Source: a virus. Taken from it: DNA of 64,000 nucleotides. This document shows positions 7,659 to 17,790 of this stretch, in pieces (position 1 is the stretch's first letter; the number at the start of each line of letters is the position of its first letter). A model generated the notes under the pieces. The model was not told where the DNA came from, did not search any database, and was given only the letters and a program-made list of their open reading frames with translations. The stretch is taken from positions 1 to 64,000 of the IMG/VR virus record IMGVR_UViG_3300043449_002191; one strand, 5' to 3'. A program made the position numbers and the translations under genes.

Positions 7659-10433
7659 ATGGCTCAATCATTTACTAACGAAGACGGTATTACGCTGATA
7701 AATCCAGGTACTTATGTATCAGTATCTGTTAAATCTGGACAAGGAGCTATTGCTTCTGCCGGAGTTGTTACACTCATCGGTGAAGCTGATGAAGGAGACG
7801 GATTCCTTTCTGAATCTGATCTCGCTGATGTAGCATTTACCCCTGATCAATATGGTAAAGTATTGCTCAAGTACGGTTCTGGTCGCATCGTTGATGCCTT
7901 CAGAGCTATTGTTGCTGCTGCTAACGATCCTAATATCGCAGGCGCTGTAACACTAGTAAGAATTTTAAAAACAAACCAATCAACTGCTGCCTCTGCATTG
8001 ATGTCAAAAATCCAAGCTGACTACGCTGAACTTAAAGCTCGTAAAGCTGGTGCCCCTGGAAATACTATCCGCTTTAAATCAGAAGCTGTATCTGTAGAAG
8101 TTGCTCCTGAAACAGGAAAAATCTCTTACGCTCCTCTTTTGACTGGAAGCGCATCTTTGGGAGTTCGTGCTAACGGATTGATCAACTCTTCTATTTCTGT
8201 ATCTGCTAAACAATCTGCTGAAGCTCTTGTAGCTTCTATTGAAGATTTACAAAAAGGTATCCTAGCTAAAGGTGGGCAAGAAAAACTTATCTTGCCTGCT
8301 GCTGGAACTACAATTAGTTTAGCCGCTGCCGATGCATCTACAATTGTAATCACACTTGCTACTGGCTCTCAATGGACAGAAGTTCCTGAAGCTGGCGATA
8401 CTCTTGTTATCCCTGCTAACGGTGATTACTCTGCTGCTCAAGATTCTGCTATCTCTGGTGCTGCTGGAGAAAACGTAGGTACATACATCGTTCAAGATGC
8501 TACAAATACTTTGACTTCAGCTACTATCACTGCTAAGAAAATTTCTGCTGCAGGATCTCTTGCTGGAGATTCTGGCACAGTAAGTGTAGATAAGCGTGAT
8601 ATCGTTATCTACAAACAAATCGAAATCAAAAACCTTTCTGGTCAAGACCTTAAAGCCCTTGTAGGAGTCGATGGGTCTTACCAATCTACTCTCAATGATG
8701 GTGTTAACGCAAAAATCCAACTTCCTGCTGGAAAAGTTTTTGCAACTCAACCTAAAGCTGGAGACATTGCGGTATTAGAAGCTGCTTTCTGTTCTGTTGC
8801 TGCTGGTTTCTACCAAGTTGTTAGCGCTACAACTAACACTGTAACTTTAACTAGACTTTCAGAAGGAAGCTCTGGATCTACCACTTCTTCTGAAGCTGTA
8901 GCTGCTCCAGTAGAAGAAGCTACTCAACCTATGAAATTGATGCAAAAAGAGATCGATGGACTCGGTAAAACTCTTTGTATCGAAGGTGACGTAGAAGCTA
9001 TCTTCAAAAAAGCTGATGGGTCTGCTGCTGGACTTTCTAACAAACAACTTATTTCTGCTTCTGAATATAAGAACCAAATGACATACACTAAAGGTGATGC
9101 TTCTGAGTCTCTTAAAGCTGGCGGTGAAGTTGTACTCCTCGTTGGATGCTCTGAAGAAGATGCTACAATGGTTATCGATGATTCTAAAATTGACTTTAAA
9201 GTTGCATCTGTAACTAGATTTTCTGCCTCCTATAAAGACTTTAAAACACTTTCTGACCTTGCTTCTTATATCAGCTCTCAGACTAACTTCTCTGCGTCAG
9301 TTGCTTCTTCTAAGTACGCTGCAGCTAAACCTGCTGACTTAGATAACGGCACATTTGCTATCTCTGGACTTGAGTCTCATAAGAACGGAAGAATTAAGAG
9401 AGATGCTTCTGAGTGGGCTAAAGCAAACGCTGGGTCTACACTTGTAGCTGTTACTCTTAAGGCTGAAGCTGGTCTTCCTGTTACTTCTGCTGACAAGTTC
9501 TTGACTGGTGGAGCTAAGAACGGAACTACTTCTGCTCTTATCACTACAGCTATTGACGCTGCAGAAAAACTTGAAACAAACTTTGTTGTACCTCTTTTCT
9601 CAGTAGATGCTGATGCAGACATCGAGCAGAGCGAAACTGAAAGCTCTTCCACTTATACAATTGATGCCATCAATGCTTACGCTAAAGCACACGTCATCAA
9701 AATGTCTGCCATCAAAATGAAGAAAAACAGAGTAGCACTTCTTTCTAAAGAATCATCTTACGATGCTGCTAAGGAAGCTGCCGGAGAACTTTCTTCTTAC
9801 AGAACTTATCTCTGCGTACAAAAAGCTAAAAACGTATCTTCTACTGGTGAAATCAAGATGTACCAACCTTGGATGTCTGCAATTATCGCTGCTGGAATGC
9901 AAGCTGCTGCAGGTTACAAAGGTATTGTTAAGAAGTTTGCCAATGTAACTGGTATCGCTACTCCAGAAGGCGACTTCGACCCGAACCTCCCTGGTGATTC
10001 TGAAGATGCATTGAAAGCCGGAATCCTTTTTATGGAAAAAGTTCCAACTGGTGGATTCCGCTGGGTATCTGATCAATCTACATACAGCTTAGACAATAAC
10101 TTTGTCTATAACAGCTTACAAGCTGTCTATATCAGCGACCTTATCACACTTACTCTTATTGATCGTTTTGATAAGCTTGTTGTTGGTAAATCAGTTGCTC
10201 AAATGACTGCAAATGCCGCTCTTTCAATCCTTGAAGCTGAAATGTTTAACTTCCAGCGTCTACGTTGGATTGCTTCTTCCGATGATGCTCCTAAAGGATA
10301 CAAGAATGCAACTGCCACACTTAACGGTGGAGTAATGGAAATTGCTGTAGAAATCAAATTGGCAGGACTTATTTACTTTGTTCCTATCAGCCTTTCTATC
10401 AGTCAAGTTACTCAGACAGCGGCTCAACAATAA
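7659..10433 (+). CDS. Contractile tail sheath protein with large insertion
   Basis: N-term PGTYVSV..VVTLIGEADEG; C-term sheath domain (ALKAGILFMEK..RWVSDQSTY..YFVPISLSI); GGAGG SD. Confidence 0.9.
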   Translation: MAQSFTNEDGITLINPGTYVSVSVKSGQGAIASAGVVTLIGEADEGDGFLSESDLADVAFTPDQYGKVLLKYGSGRIVDAFRAIVAAANDPNIAGAVTLVRILKTNQSTAASALMSKIQADYAELKARKAGAPGNTIRFKSEAVSVEVAPETGKISYAPLLTGSASLGVRANGLINSSISVSAKQSAEALVASIEDLQKGILAKGGQEKLILPAAGTTISLAAADASTIVITLATGSQWTEVPEAGDTLVIPANGDYSAAQDSAISGAAGENVGTYIVQDATNTLTSATITAKKISAAGSLAGDSGTVSVDKRDIVIYKQIEIKNLSGQDLKALVGVDGSYQSTLNDGVNAKIQLPAGKVFATQPKAGDIAVLEAAFCSVAAGFYQVVSATTNTVTLTRLSEGSSGSTTSSEAVAAPVEEATQPMKLMQKEIDGLGKTLCIEGDVEAIFKKADGSAAGLSNKQLISASEYKNQMTYTKGDASESLKAGGEVVLLVGCSEEDATMVIDDSKIDFKVASVTRFSASYKDFKTLSDLASYISSQTNFSASVASSKYAAAKPADLDNGTFAISGLESHKNGRIKRDASEWAKANAGSTLVAVTLKAEAGLPVTSADKFLTGGAKNGTTSALITTAIDAAEKLETNFVVPLFSVDADADIEQSETESSSTYTIDAINAYAKAHVIKMSAIKMKKNRVALLSKESSYDAAKEAAGELSSYRTYLCVQKAKNVSSTGEIKMYQPWMSAIIAAGMQAAAGYKGIVKKFANVTGIATPEGDFDPNLPGDSEDALKAGILFMEKVPTGGFRWVSDQSTYSLDNNFVYNSLQAVYISDLITLTLIDRFDKLVVGKSVAQMTANAALSILEAEMFNFQRLRWIASSDDAPKGYKNATATLNGGVMEIAVEIKLAGLIYFVPISLSISQVTQTAAQQ

Positions 10434-10460
10434 TAAATAAAGCTCAATAAAGCGCAAATG

Positions 10461-10490
10461 ACCTATCCTATACTTTAGGGTAGGTTTTTT
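10461..10490 (+). terminator. Rho-independent terminator
   Basis: ACCTATCCTA-TACTT-TAGGGTAGGT followed by a T-run. Confidence 0.85.
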
Positions 10491-10565
10491 GTTTTTAAGG
10501 GTATAATTATAAGTGCAATAACCTAATCTTAATAGAGACAAACCTTGCTTATATAAGGGGGCAAA

Positions 10566-10907
10566 ATGGCTATTCTTAGTGGGTTATCTGGGGTACAAAA
10601 AGGCGAATTAAGTACAGTAACTCTGGATAAAGCTGCCTTATTTGCTTTGCCAGCAATTACAGGATATTACGCAGTTCAAGCAAATGTAAAAAAGGCAATT
10701 TTTTACTACAAAGAGACTACTGTAGGTCAAAAAGAAGTATTAACTTTTGATCTTTCACAAGCTACACCGTCTACTACAACTACATTTTCTTTAAAAGCTG
10801 AAAATCAATGGGAAATCTTTAAAATTATTCTAGAAGACTTCGATAGCGGCTTTTTTGTAATTGAGGGTAACGACCTACCTTCTGATATTGATATTAACTT
10901 TGTATAA
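10566..10907 (+). CDS. Small virion protein, stand-alone copy of the ~113-aa TLDKAxLFAL domain
   Basis: Clear paralogy with the N-terminus of 10926..13760 and with 13774..14124. Confidence 0.7.
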   Translation: MAILSGLSGVQKGELSTVTLDKAALFALPAITGYYAVQANVKKAIFYYKETTVGQKEVLTFDLSQATPSTTTTFSLKAENQWEIFKIILEDFDSGFFVIEGNDLPSDIDINFV

Positions 10908-10925
10908 GATTAAACGAGGACTAAA

Positions 10926-13760
10926 ATGACGATATTAAGCGGATTAAGTGCTTTAGAAAAAGGTCAACAAGGTACAGCTACTTTAGATAAGGCTGGACTA
11001 TTTGCCTTAGCTCCAATAGCTGCTGACCCATATTTTTCTGTACAATCAAACGTAGATAAAGCTTTATTTTTCTATAAAGCTACAAATTCTACCCAAAAAG
11101 AAATTCTGATTTTTGACTTAAGCCAAGCTCAACCAGAGGCTATAGCTAGTTTTTCAGAAACGGCACTAAATGATTGGGAAATTGAAAAAATTATTTTAAC
11201 TGATTTTGACGGCGGATCTTTTATTGTACAAAATGGTGATTTACCGACAGACATACAAATTCAATTACCTAACTTAGTGACATTTACTGAAACAATTTCT
11301 GGCGTATCTAAAATTAATGCTGTAGTAAGAACATCAGCAATCCAATCAGATGGTAAGATTTTATTGGGTGGAGATTTTACAAATTATGGAGGCACAATAG
11401 GCAGAAATAAGCTTATTAGATTAAATGCTGACGGTACATTAGATACAGCATTTTGTGTAAACGCTGTTGATGGATATAAATTTAGCAATATAGTTTGGGC
11501 AATAGCAGTTCAATCAGATGGTAAGATTCTTGTTGGTGGAGATTTTACAAATTATGGATTCACATCAGGTAGAGGCAGGCTTATTAGATTAAATGCTGAC
11601 GGTACATTAGATTTAGATACAAGTACTCCTAATGGTCAGCATTTTCATACTAATGCAGTTGATGCAACCAAGTTTAACAATACAGTTTACTCAATAGCAG
11701 TCCAGTCAGACGGTAAGATTCTAGTAGGCGGAAACTTTTCAAACTATGCAGGTACAACAAATAGAAATAGGCTTATTAGATTAAATGCCCATGGTACATT
11801 AGATTTAGATACAAATACCCCTAATACTGCACATTTTCATACTAATGCAGTTGATGCAGCTAAGTTTAGCAATACAGTCTGGACAATAGCAGTCCAATCA
11901 GATGGTAAGATTCTAGTAGGCGGAAGCTTTTCAAACTATGCAGGTACAACAAATAGAAGCTATTTAATTAGATTAAATGCCCATGGTACATTAGATTTAG
12001 ATACAAATACCCCTAATACTGCACATTTTCATACTAATGCAGTTGATGCAGCTAAGTTTAACAATACAGTTTACTCAATAGCAGTTCAATCAGACGGTAA
12101 AATTCTTGTTGGTGGAGATTTTTCAAGTTATGCAAGTACATCAGGTAGAAATAGACTTGTTAGATTAAATGCTCATGGTACACTAGACACATCATTTTGT
12201 GCTAATGCATCTGATTCGTTTAAAATTAATAATATAGTTTTCTCAATAGCAGTCCAATCAGATGGTAAGATTCTAGTAGGCGGAGACTTCACTAATTATT
12301 CTTTTGTATCAAACAGAAATAGACTAATTAAATTAAATGCCGATGGAAGCTTAAATACTGCATTTTGTGCTAATGCATCTGATGGAGATAAATTTAATGC
12401 CATAGTTTATTCAATAAAGGTTCGATCAGATGACAGTTTGGCAGTAAGCGGATTTTTTAATGGCGGCTACGATAAAAATACTCGCTTTACAATAATTAAT
12501 TCTGACGGAACATTTAATCAAACGACTTTAGAAATATCGGGAATTGGAGCTAAAGTTCCAGTTGGTACAATTTTGGCAATAGCAGTACAGTCAGACGGTA
12601 AGATTCTAGTAGGCGGAGCATTTCAACGATATGGGGGAGTATTAAACAGAAACTATTTAGTTAGATTAAATGCTGATGGTACATTAGATACAGCATTTTG
12701 CACTAATGCAGTTGATGGAGCCAAGTTTAGCAATACAGTCTGGGCAATAGCAGTCCAGTCAGACGGTAAGATTCTAGTAGGTGGATCATTTACAAGTTAT
12801 GGTACGGCAGGTAGAAACTATTTAATTAGGTTAAACTCCACTGGAACTTTAGATTTAGATACAAGTACTCCTAATAGTCAGCATTTTCATACTAATGCAG
12901 TTGATGGAGCCAAGTTTAACAATACAGTTTACTCAATAGCAGTCCAGTCAGACGGTAAGATTCTAGTAGGTGGAGATTTTATAAATTATGCAGGTACAAC
13001 AAATAGAAATAGGCTTATTAGATTAAATGCTCACGGTACATTAGATTTAGATACAAATACTTCTAATAGTCAGCATTTTCATACTAATGCAGTTGATGCA
13101 ACCAAGTTTAACAATACAGTTTACTCAATAGCAGTCCAATCAGATGGTAAGATTCTTGTTGGTGGAGCCTTTTCAAGTTATGCAGGTACAACAAATAGAA
13201 GCTATTTAATTAGATTAAATGCTCACGGTACATTAGATTTAGATACAAGTACTCCTAATAGTCAGCATTTTCATACTAATGCAGTTGATGCAGCTAAGTT
13301 TGGTGCAATAATTAGGACTGTATACGTACAGTCTGATGGAACAATTCTAGTAGGTGGAGACTTTTTTCATTATGGAGGCACAACAGGTAGAAGTAAGGTT
13401 GTTAAATTAAATGCTCACGGTACACTAGACACATCATTTTGTGCTAATGCAGTTGATGGATCTAAATTAAATGGAAGTATCTATATAGCTAAACCACAAT
13501 TAGATGGCAAAATTTTAATAGGTGGAGGGCTTATAAATTATGCAGGCGTAACAGGTAGAAACTACTTAGTTCGATTAAATGCTGATGGTACATTAGACAC
13601 AGCATTTTGCACTAGTGCAATTGATGTAGGAAAATTTAACAATCCGCCTTATACAGCAGTTGATCAATTAGATGGCAAATTGTTTATAGGTGGAGAATTT
13701 ACCACTTATGCAGGTAAATACGATAGATTAATCGTATTAAAAAATGGTCAAATATTTTAA
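10926..13760 (+). CDS. TLDKA anchor domain plus 14 Delta-60 (DUF5122-type) beta-propeller repeats; putative adhesin/decoration protein
   Basis: 14 copies of (I/A)AVQSDGKILVGGxF..RLNAxGTLD (copy 7 degenerate). Confidence 0.8.
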   Translation: MTILSGLSALEKGQQGTATLDKAGLFALAPIAADPYFSVQSNVDKALFFYKATNSTQKEILIFDLSQAQPEAIASFSETALNDWEIEKIILTDFDGGSFIVQNGDLPTDIQIQLPNLVTFTETISGVSKINAVVRTSAIQSDGKILLGGDFTNYGGTIGRNKLIRLNADGTLDTAFCVNAVDGYKFSNIVWAIAVQSDGKILVGGDFTNYGFTSGRGRLIRLNADGTLDLDTSTPNGQHFHTNAVDATKFNNTVYSIAVQSDGKILVGGNFSNYAGTTNRNRLIRLNAHGTLDLDTNTPNTAHFHTNAVDAAKFSNTVWTIAVQSDGKILVGGSFSNYAGTTNRSYLIRLNAHGTLDLDTNTPNTAHFHTNAVDAAKFNNTVYSIAVQSDGKILVGGDFSSYASTSGRNRLVRLNAHGTLDTSFCANASDSFKINNIVFSIAVQSDGKILVGGDFTNYSFVSNRNRLIKLNADGSLNTAFCANASDGDKFNAIVYSIKVRSDDSLAVSGFFNGGYDKNTRFTIINSDGTFNQTTLEISGIGAKVPVGTILAIAVQSDGKILVGGAFQRYGGVLNRNYLVRLNADGTLDTAFCTNAVDGAKFSNTVWAIAVQSDGKILVGGSFTSYGTAGRNYLIRLNSTGTLDLDTSTPNSQHFHTNAVDGAKFNNTVYSIAVQSDGKILVGGDFINYAGTTNRNRLIRLNAHGTLDLDTNTSNSQHFHTNAVDATKFNNTVYSIAVQSDGKILVGGAFSSYAGTTNRSYLIRLNAHGTLDLDTSTPNSQHFHTNAVDAAKFGAIIRTVYVQSDGTILVGGDFFHYGGTTGRSKVVKLNAHGTLDTSFCANAVDGSKLNGSIYIAKPQLDGKILIGGGLINYAGVTGRNYLVRLNADGTLDTAFCTSAIDVGKFNNPPYTAVDQLDGKLFIGGEFTTYAGKYDRLIVLKNGQIF
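11330..13740 (+). repeat. Intragenic tandem repeats of ~160-185 nt (Delta-60 blades)
   Basis: Near-identical DNA units, e.g. repeated cattttcatactaatgcagttgatg. Confidence 0.9.
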
Positions 13761-13773
13761 TTAGGAGATTAAA

Positions 13774-14124
13774 ATGGCATTGATAAATGGAATAAATTCC
13801 GTAACAAAAGGCTCATCAGCGTCTTTGACTTTAGATAAAGCAGTCTTATTTGCACTACCCTCAGTAGTGGCTAGCGCACATTTTAGCGATCAGACAAATG
13901 TTAAGTTGGTAAAAATTAAATATAAATCTAGTCCAGGTAACCAAACCAAAGTCTTGACTTTTGAAGCTTCTCAGACTACCCCATCTGCGTCAATTCTTTT
14001 TTCTCTTAAGGCTAGAGATTTATTTCAAGTAGAAGAAATTATTCTCGTTGACTTTGACGATGCCTTTTTGTTAGTACAAAGTGTCGATATTCCTACTGGA
14101 TTAAATATTGAATTTGGACCATAA
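13774..14124 (+). CDS. Small virion protein, third TLDKA-domain paralogue
   Basis: MALINGINSVTKG..LTLDKAVLFAL..ILVDFD. Confidence 0.7.
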   Translation: MALINGINSVTKGSSASLTLDKAVLFALPSVVASAHFSDQTNVKLVKIKYKSSPGNQTKVLTFEASQTTPSASILFSLKARDLFQVEEIILVDFDDAFLLVQSVDIPTGLNIEFGP

Positions 14125-14228
14125 ACATTAATAAAATTAAATAGATAGAGTGCCTAAAAATATTCTATTTATTTTCCTACCCATAACACATTAAAAAACC
14201 TAATCTTTTCAGTATATAGGAGTTAATC

Positions 14229-14705
14229 ATGGCTAAAGCTCAAATTTTAACAGGTGCGAGGGCAAAAATCCTAATCAACGGTAACCCCGTCGGCCTTTTT
14301 ACACAATGCAGCTGGTCTATCAGACAAGATAAACAACCTGCTTTTATTCTTGGCAGACACAATCCTGCTGAACTTGTACCTACATCACAAGAGCCTGTTT
14401 CTATCAGCTTAACTGGCTACAGAGTTATAGATGCTGGACCTTACAAAGTTGCTAATGCTACACTTTTAAGAAATCTTTTAAATGAAGAAGATTTTACAGT
14501 TGAAATTATTGATCGTCAAACTGGTAAGCCAATTTTTAAAGCTGAAGGTTGTCGTGTTACTGGATGGTCTTCTGGTGTTGCTGCAAGGTCTACTAGCGAT
14601 ATCCGTGTAGATATTACTGCAATCAGAGCCGAAGATGAGTATGGCTCTTCTGTAGGTGGAGATGACGAAACTAATAGCGCATCTAACCTAAGCGATGGAA
14701 CGTAA
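14229..14705 (+). CDS. Tail tube protein
   Basis: ILTGARAKILING..ILGRHNPAELVP..FKAEGCR; 158 aa; downstream of the sheath; late box upstream. Confidence 0.85.
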   Translation: MAKAQILTGARAKILINGNPVGLFTQCSWSIRQDKQPAFILGRHNPAELVPTSQEPVSISLTGYRVIDAGPYKVANATLLRNLLNEEDFTVEIIDRQTGKPIFKAEGCRVTGWSSGVAARSTSDIRVDITAIRAEDEYGSSVGGDDETNSASNLSDGT

Positions 14706-14732
14706 TTAGTTACAATAAACAATTATTAAATC

Positions 14733-14759
14733 AAAAGGGTGCCTAACGGTGCCCTTTTT
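14733..14759. terminator. Bidirectional terminator between convergent genes
   Basis: AAAAGGGTGCC-TAAC-GGTGCCCTTTT. Confidence 0.8.
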
Positions 14760-14762
14760 AGT

Positions 14763-15095
14763 TTAAAGCAGCAAATCTTTTAAAAACTTAGTTAATGCTG
14801 CATCTATTTTAGAGCTTTTTTCTCCCACAGATTCAGATTGTTTAATATGATTTAATACAGATAATACATCATACAGACTAACGTCTTTGCCACTATCTAT
14901 TAATCCACCGCCTGGGCCACGAATAACAGTAACTAAACCATTTTTAGCCAATAATCTTACTGTTTTATGTAGAAAAAACTTAGTGGTCCCAATTTTAGCT
15001 GCTAAAGCATCAACATTCATTGGTTTACCAGTAGTATCATTTTTGAGTATCTCAAGCAGCTCTATAGATATTTTAACATCTTGAGGAATTTTCAT
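14763..15095 (-). CDS. Rrf2-family winged-HTH regulator lacking Fe-S cysteines
   Basis: LAAKIGTTKFFLHKTVRLLAKNGLVTVIRGPGGG..VSLYDVL. Confidence 0.8.
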   Translation of the reverse strand: MKIPQDVKISIELLEILKNDTTGKPMNVDALAAKIGTTKFFLHKTVRLLAKNGLVTVIRGPGGGLIDSGKDVSLYDVLSVLNHIKQSESVGEKSSKIDAALTKFLKDLLL

Positions 15096-15949
15096 TTAGA
15101 ATCCTTTTTAATATAAAATCTTCCAGTAGCCCATTTAGGGTCTGCAGGATAAAAATTTCTAGGGGCATCTAAACTAGCATAGGCTAAGGTTTTGTCTATT
15201 TCATATTTATCTACATCAGGATATTGACGTTTAATCCAATCAATAGACGCCTTTTCAAAAGCCTTCCGCTCTTTTCTTGTCCATAAAAGACTATCATATA
15301 ATGCCTGAGCTTTTTCTTTATCTCCCTTACATAGGCTAATGACTTTTTTCTGAAGCTGATCTAAAGGGCTTAAATCTTTAGTTACTGCATACCTAATACC
15401 TATCTTAACTTCTATGTAATCATTAGCTTTTAATAAAGCTAATTCATCTCTTAGAAGCTTAGCTTTTACGGCTTTAATAGCCTTATAATACGAAGGATAA
15501 AGCTTTTTATGTTGTTCTATTGTGTATACTCTAGGAACTCCAGTAATATCTAAATAAAATTGATTAGGTGCAGTCACAACATTACCTTTTAAGTCTTTAG
15601 TCTTAAGGGGTTGTTCTAGTAGTTTAATTTTTACAGCAGAAATCATAGCTACATAATCTTTTAGCTTGGGAGAATGCTCTCTATCAAAGCGAGCATCACT
15701 TTCATATAAAACATAAACTTCGCAGCCAATCCTTTGAGATAAATCCATTAGATCCAAATAATCATTTGTAAGGTTGAGGTCACCGTACCAGATTTTCCCA
15801 TGATCTTCAGTACATACGTTTGCATTAAAAACAATCAAATCTTTAGGATTTTCTTTTCTATATCTGCCCTTAGAATAGCAGATCAATCGACCCAAGTGAC
15901 CTAACAGTAGATTTGCGGTTTCTAAAGCTTCTTTTCTTGTAACTAACAT
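15092..15949 (-). CDS. Hypothetical phage protein
   Basis: 285-aa ORF with GGAGG SD; IVFNANVC..KIWYGDLNLT motif. Confidence 0.65.
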   Translation of the reverse strand: MLVTRKEALETANLLLGHLGRLICYSKGRYRKENPKDLIVFNANVCTEDHGKIWYGDLNLTNDYLDLMDLSQRIGCEVYVLYESDARFDREHSPKLKDYVAMISAVKIKLLEQPLKTKDLKGNVVTAPNQFYLDITGVPRVYTIEQHKKLYPSYYKAIKAVKAKLLRDELALLKANDYIEVKIGIRYAVTKDLSPLDQLQKKVISLCKGDKEKAQALYDSLLWTRKERKAFEKASIDWIKRQYPDVDKYEIDKTLAYASLDAPRNFYPADPKWATGRFYIKKDSK

Positions 15950-15985
15950 ACATCCTCCACAGGTATATTATACCACAAAAATAGA

Positions 15986-16816
15986 CTATACACTAACTTT
16001 TCCCCCAAGGGACGGGTGAGATTCATAGCCTTCCAATTGAATATCTTCCATTTTAAAATCATCAATATTTTTAACATCAGGATTAAGTTTTAATTTACAC
16101 ATAGGAAAAGGCTTCCTGGCCATCTGCTCTTTAACTTGATCAATATGATTAGTATAAATATGAGCATCGCCAATTACATGAACAAAATCGCCTACCTCTA
16201 AACCGCAGACTTGAGCTATCATATGAGTTAATAAGGCGTAGCTAGCTATATTAAATGGAACTCCTAAGAATATGTCACCACTACGCTGATAAAGTTGACA
16301 GCTAAGTTTATTGTCACGAACATAGAACTGAAACATAGTATGACAAGCAGGCAGGCTTTGTTTGCTTAGGTCTGCAGGATTCCATGCACTTACAATTAAT
16401 CTGCGAGATTCAGGATTAGTTTTAATTTGCCCTATAACCTGAGCAATTTGATCAATAGTGCTGCCATCGGGAGATTGCCATGAACGCCATTGTTTCCCAT
16501 AAATGGGACCTAAGTCACCATCTTCTTTAGCCCATTCATCCCAAATGTTTACGCCCAGAGCTTTTAAATCATTATTGTTTGTGGAGCCAGACAAAAACCA
16601 AAGAAGCTCACCTTTAATACCTTTAAAAAATACTTTTTTTGTTGAAAGTAAAGGAAAGCCTTCACTTAGAGGAAACCGCATTCTTACCCCAAACAGACTA
16701 AGGGTTCCAGTGCCAGTCCTGTCCTTAGACTCTATTCCATGAATTAAAATTTCATTACATAAGTCTAGGTATTGATCATCAGCAATATTTATATCAAATT
16801 CGTAATCGTTAAACAT
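15986..16816 (-). CDS. thyA: Thymidylate synthase
   Basis: [56 protein letters not shown]. Confidence 0.98.
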   Translation of the reverse strand: MFNDYEFDINIADDQYLDLCNEILIHGIESKDRTGTGTLSLFGVRMRFPLSEGFPLLSTKKVFFKGIKGELLWFLSGSTNNNDLKALGVNIWDEWAKEDGDLGPIYGKQWRSWQSPDGSTIDQIAQVIGQIKTNPESRRLIVSAWNPADLSKQSLPACHTMFQFYVRDNKLSCQLYQRSGDIFLGVPFNIASYALLTHMIAQVCGLEVGDFVHVIGDAHIYTNHIDQVKEQMARKPFPMCKLKLNPDVKNIDDFKMEDIQLEGYESHPSLGGKVSV

Positions 16817-16823
16817 AAAACCC

Positions 16824-16940
16824 TCAATTCATTACCCACCATAAAATTTCAAGCCATTTCCAGATGCCAAAACAAAGAGTTACAAACATTAACGCTATGT
16901 GAGGTACAAGTAAATATTTTCTATAAAACAATCGACTCAT
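16824..16940 (-). CDS. 38-aa membrane peptide (not in ORF track)
   Basis: [38 protein letters not shown]; ATGA overlap with the upstream gene. Confidence 0.55.
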   Translation of the reverse strand: MSRLFYRKYLLVPHIALMFVTLCFGIWKWLEILWWVMN

Positions 16941-17149
16941 ACTATAAACAACTTTCTTAGGTTTTTAGGAACAAGACTCATAGCTTTAGTTCTTTTTTTA
17001 ACTATAGGAGCAGTTTCTTCAACGATTCTTTCAATTTGAATCCTCATTTGCTCACAAAGTTCTTTATCTTTTGATTCCTTACCTTTTTTGTAATATTTTA
17101 CAAAGTGAGATAAAAGACTCATTTTAAAAATAAAATCTCGCTTACTCAT
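16937..17149 (-). CDS. Hypothetical protein
   Basis: Start re-assigned to MSKRDF after a GAGG SD. Confidence 0.6.
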   Translation of the reverse strand: MSKRDFIFKMSLLSHFVKYYKKGKESKDKELCEQMRIQIERIVEETAPIVKKRTKAMSLVPKNLRKLFIV

Positions 17150-17156
17150 AAATACC

Positions 17157-17387
17157 TCACATATCATCCAAAGGGGTTTGTTCTATAGCTTTTTTAGGAG
17201 TATCAACTAGCTCAAATGGGACTTCAATACCCTTAGTTTTTAAGAACTCTTCCAATCCTGAGATAATCAAAAAAACTTGATTATTACGACTATTGTCGTA
17301 TGGAAGTGCAATATGTTCATTAAAAACCGATTGTGCTGCATCTGATATTTTAATGATATCAGACATTGTGATAGCTAATTTACTCAT
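17157..17387 (-). CDS. Hypothetical protein
   Basis: AAGGA SD; part of the minus-strand operon. Confidence 0.6.
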   Translation of the reverse strand: MSKLAITMSDIIKISDAAQSVFNEHIALPYDNSRNNQVFLIISGLEEFLKTKGIEVPFELVDTPKKAIEQTPLDDM

Positions 17388-17405
17388 TTTGTATCCTTAT
17401 ATAAG

Positions 17406-17494
17406 ATCTTTAGGGCGGATTCGCACCGCCTGCTCGGTTATTAGCCGAACTTGCCACTTTTAAGGCCGCAGAGTTCCTACCTCTGTGCTAAAGA
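17406..17494 (-). ncRNA. Atypical tRNA-like RNA (AAT in anticodon-like loop, extra 5' arm)
   Basis: Acceptor TCTTTAG/CTAAAGA; T-arm GGCGG-TGCGAAT-CCGCC; arm GTTCGG-CTAATAA-CCGAGC; two further hairpins; no CCA. Confidence 0.7.
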
Positions 17495-17499
17495 AAGTT

Positions 17500-17790
17500 T
17501 TAAGCCACTTTTTTTATCTTTGCCTTAACATCTAATTTAACATAAGTAGACTTAGTAATCAAGTCTAATTCTGTACATTTTACAATCCCAACACGCTCTA
17601 ATAAAGTATCAGCTCCAACTACTCGATTTTGCTCGATTTCTTTAAGAATTACAGCAAAACCTTCTGTTTCCATAGAACCTAAAGCCTTCAAAGTCGAGGC
17701 TATCTCTTCTTTTTTAGTCTCCAAAAGCTTAATTTGATCTCGCAATTGCATATATTGTTCACACATTTCGTTTATTTGACTTAATTTCAT
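17500..17790 (-). CDS. Hypothetical early protein (N-terminal coiled coil)
   Basis: GGAGG SD and sigma70 promoter upstream. Confidence 0.65.
   Translation of the reverse strand: MKLSQINEMCEQYMQLRDQIKLLETKKEEIASTLKALGSMETEGFAVILKEIEQNRVVGADTLLERVGIVKCTELDLITKSTYVKLDVKAKIKKVA

Noticed and set aside
11330-13740. CRISPR array or DGR template/variable repeats
   Set aside because: The repeats are in-frame protein blades with no unique spacers; there is no reverse transcriptase or cas gene in the window, and no adenine-specific variation was noticed.
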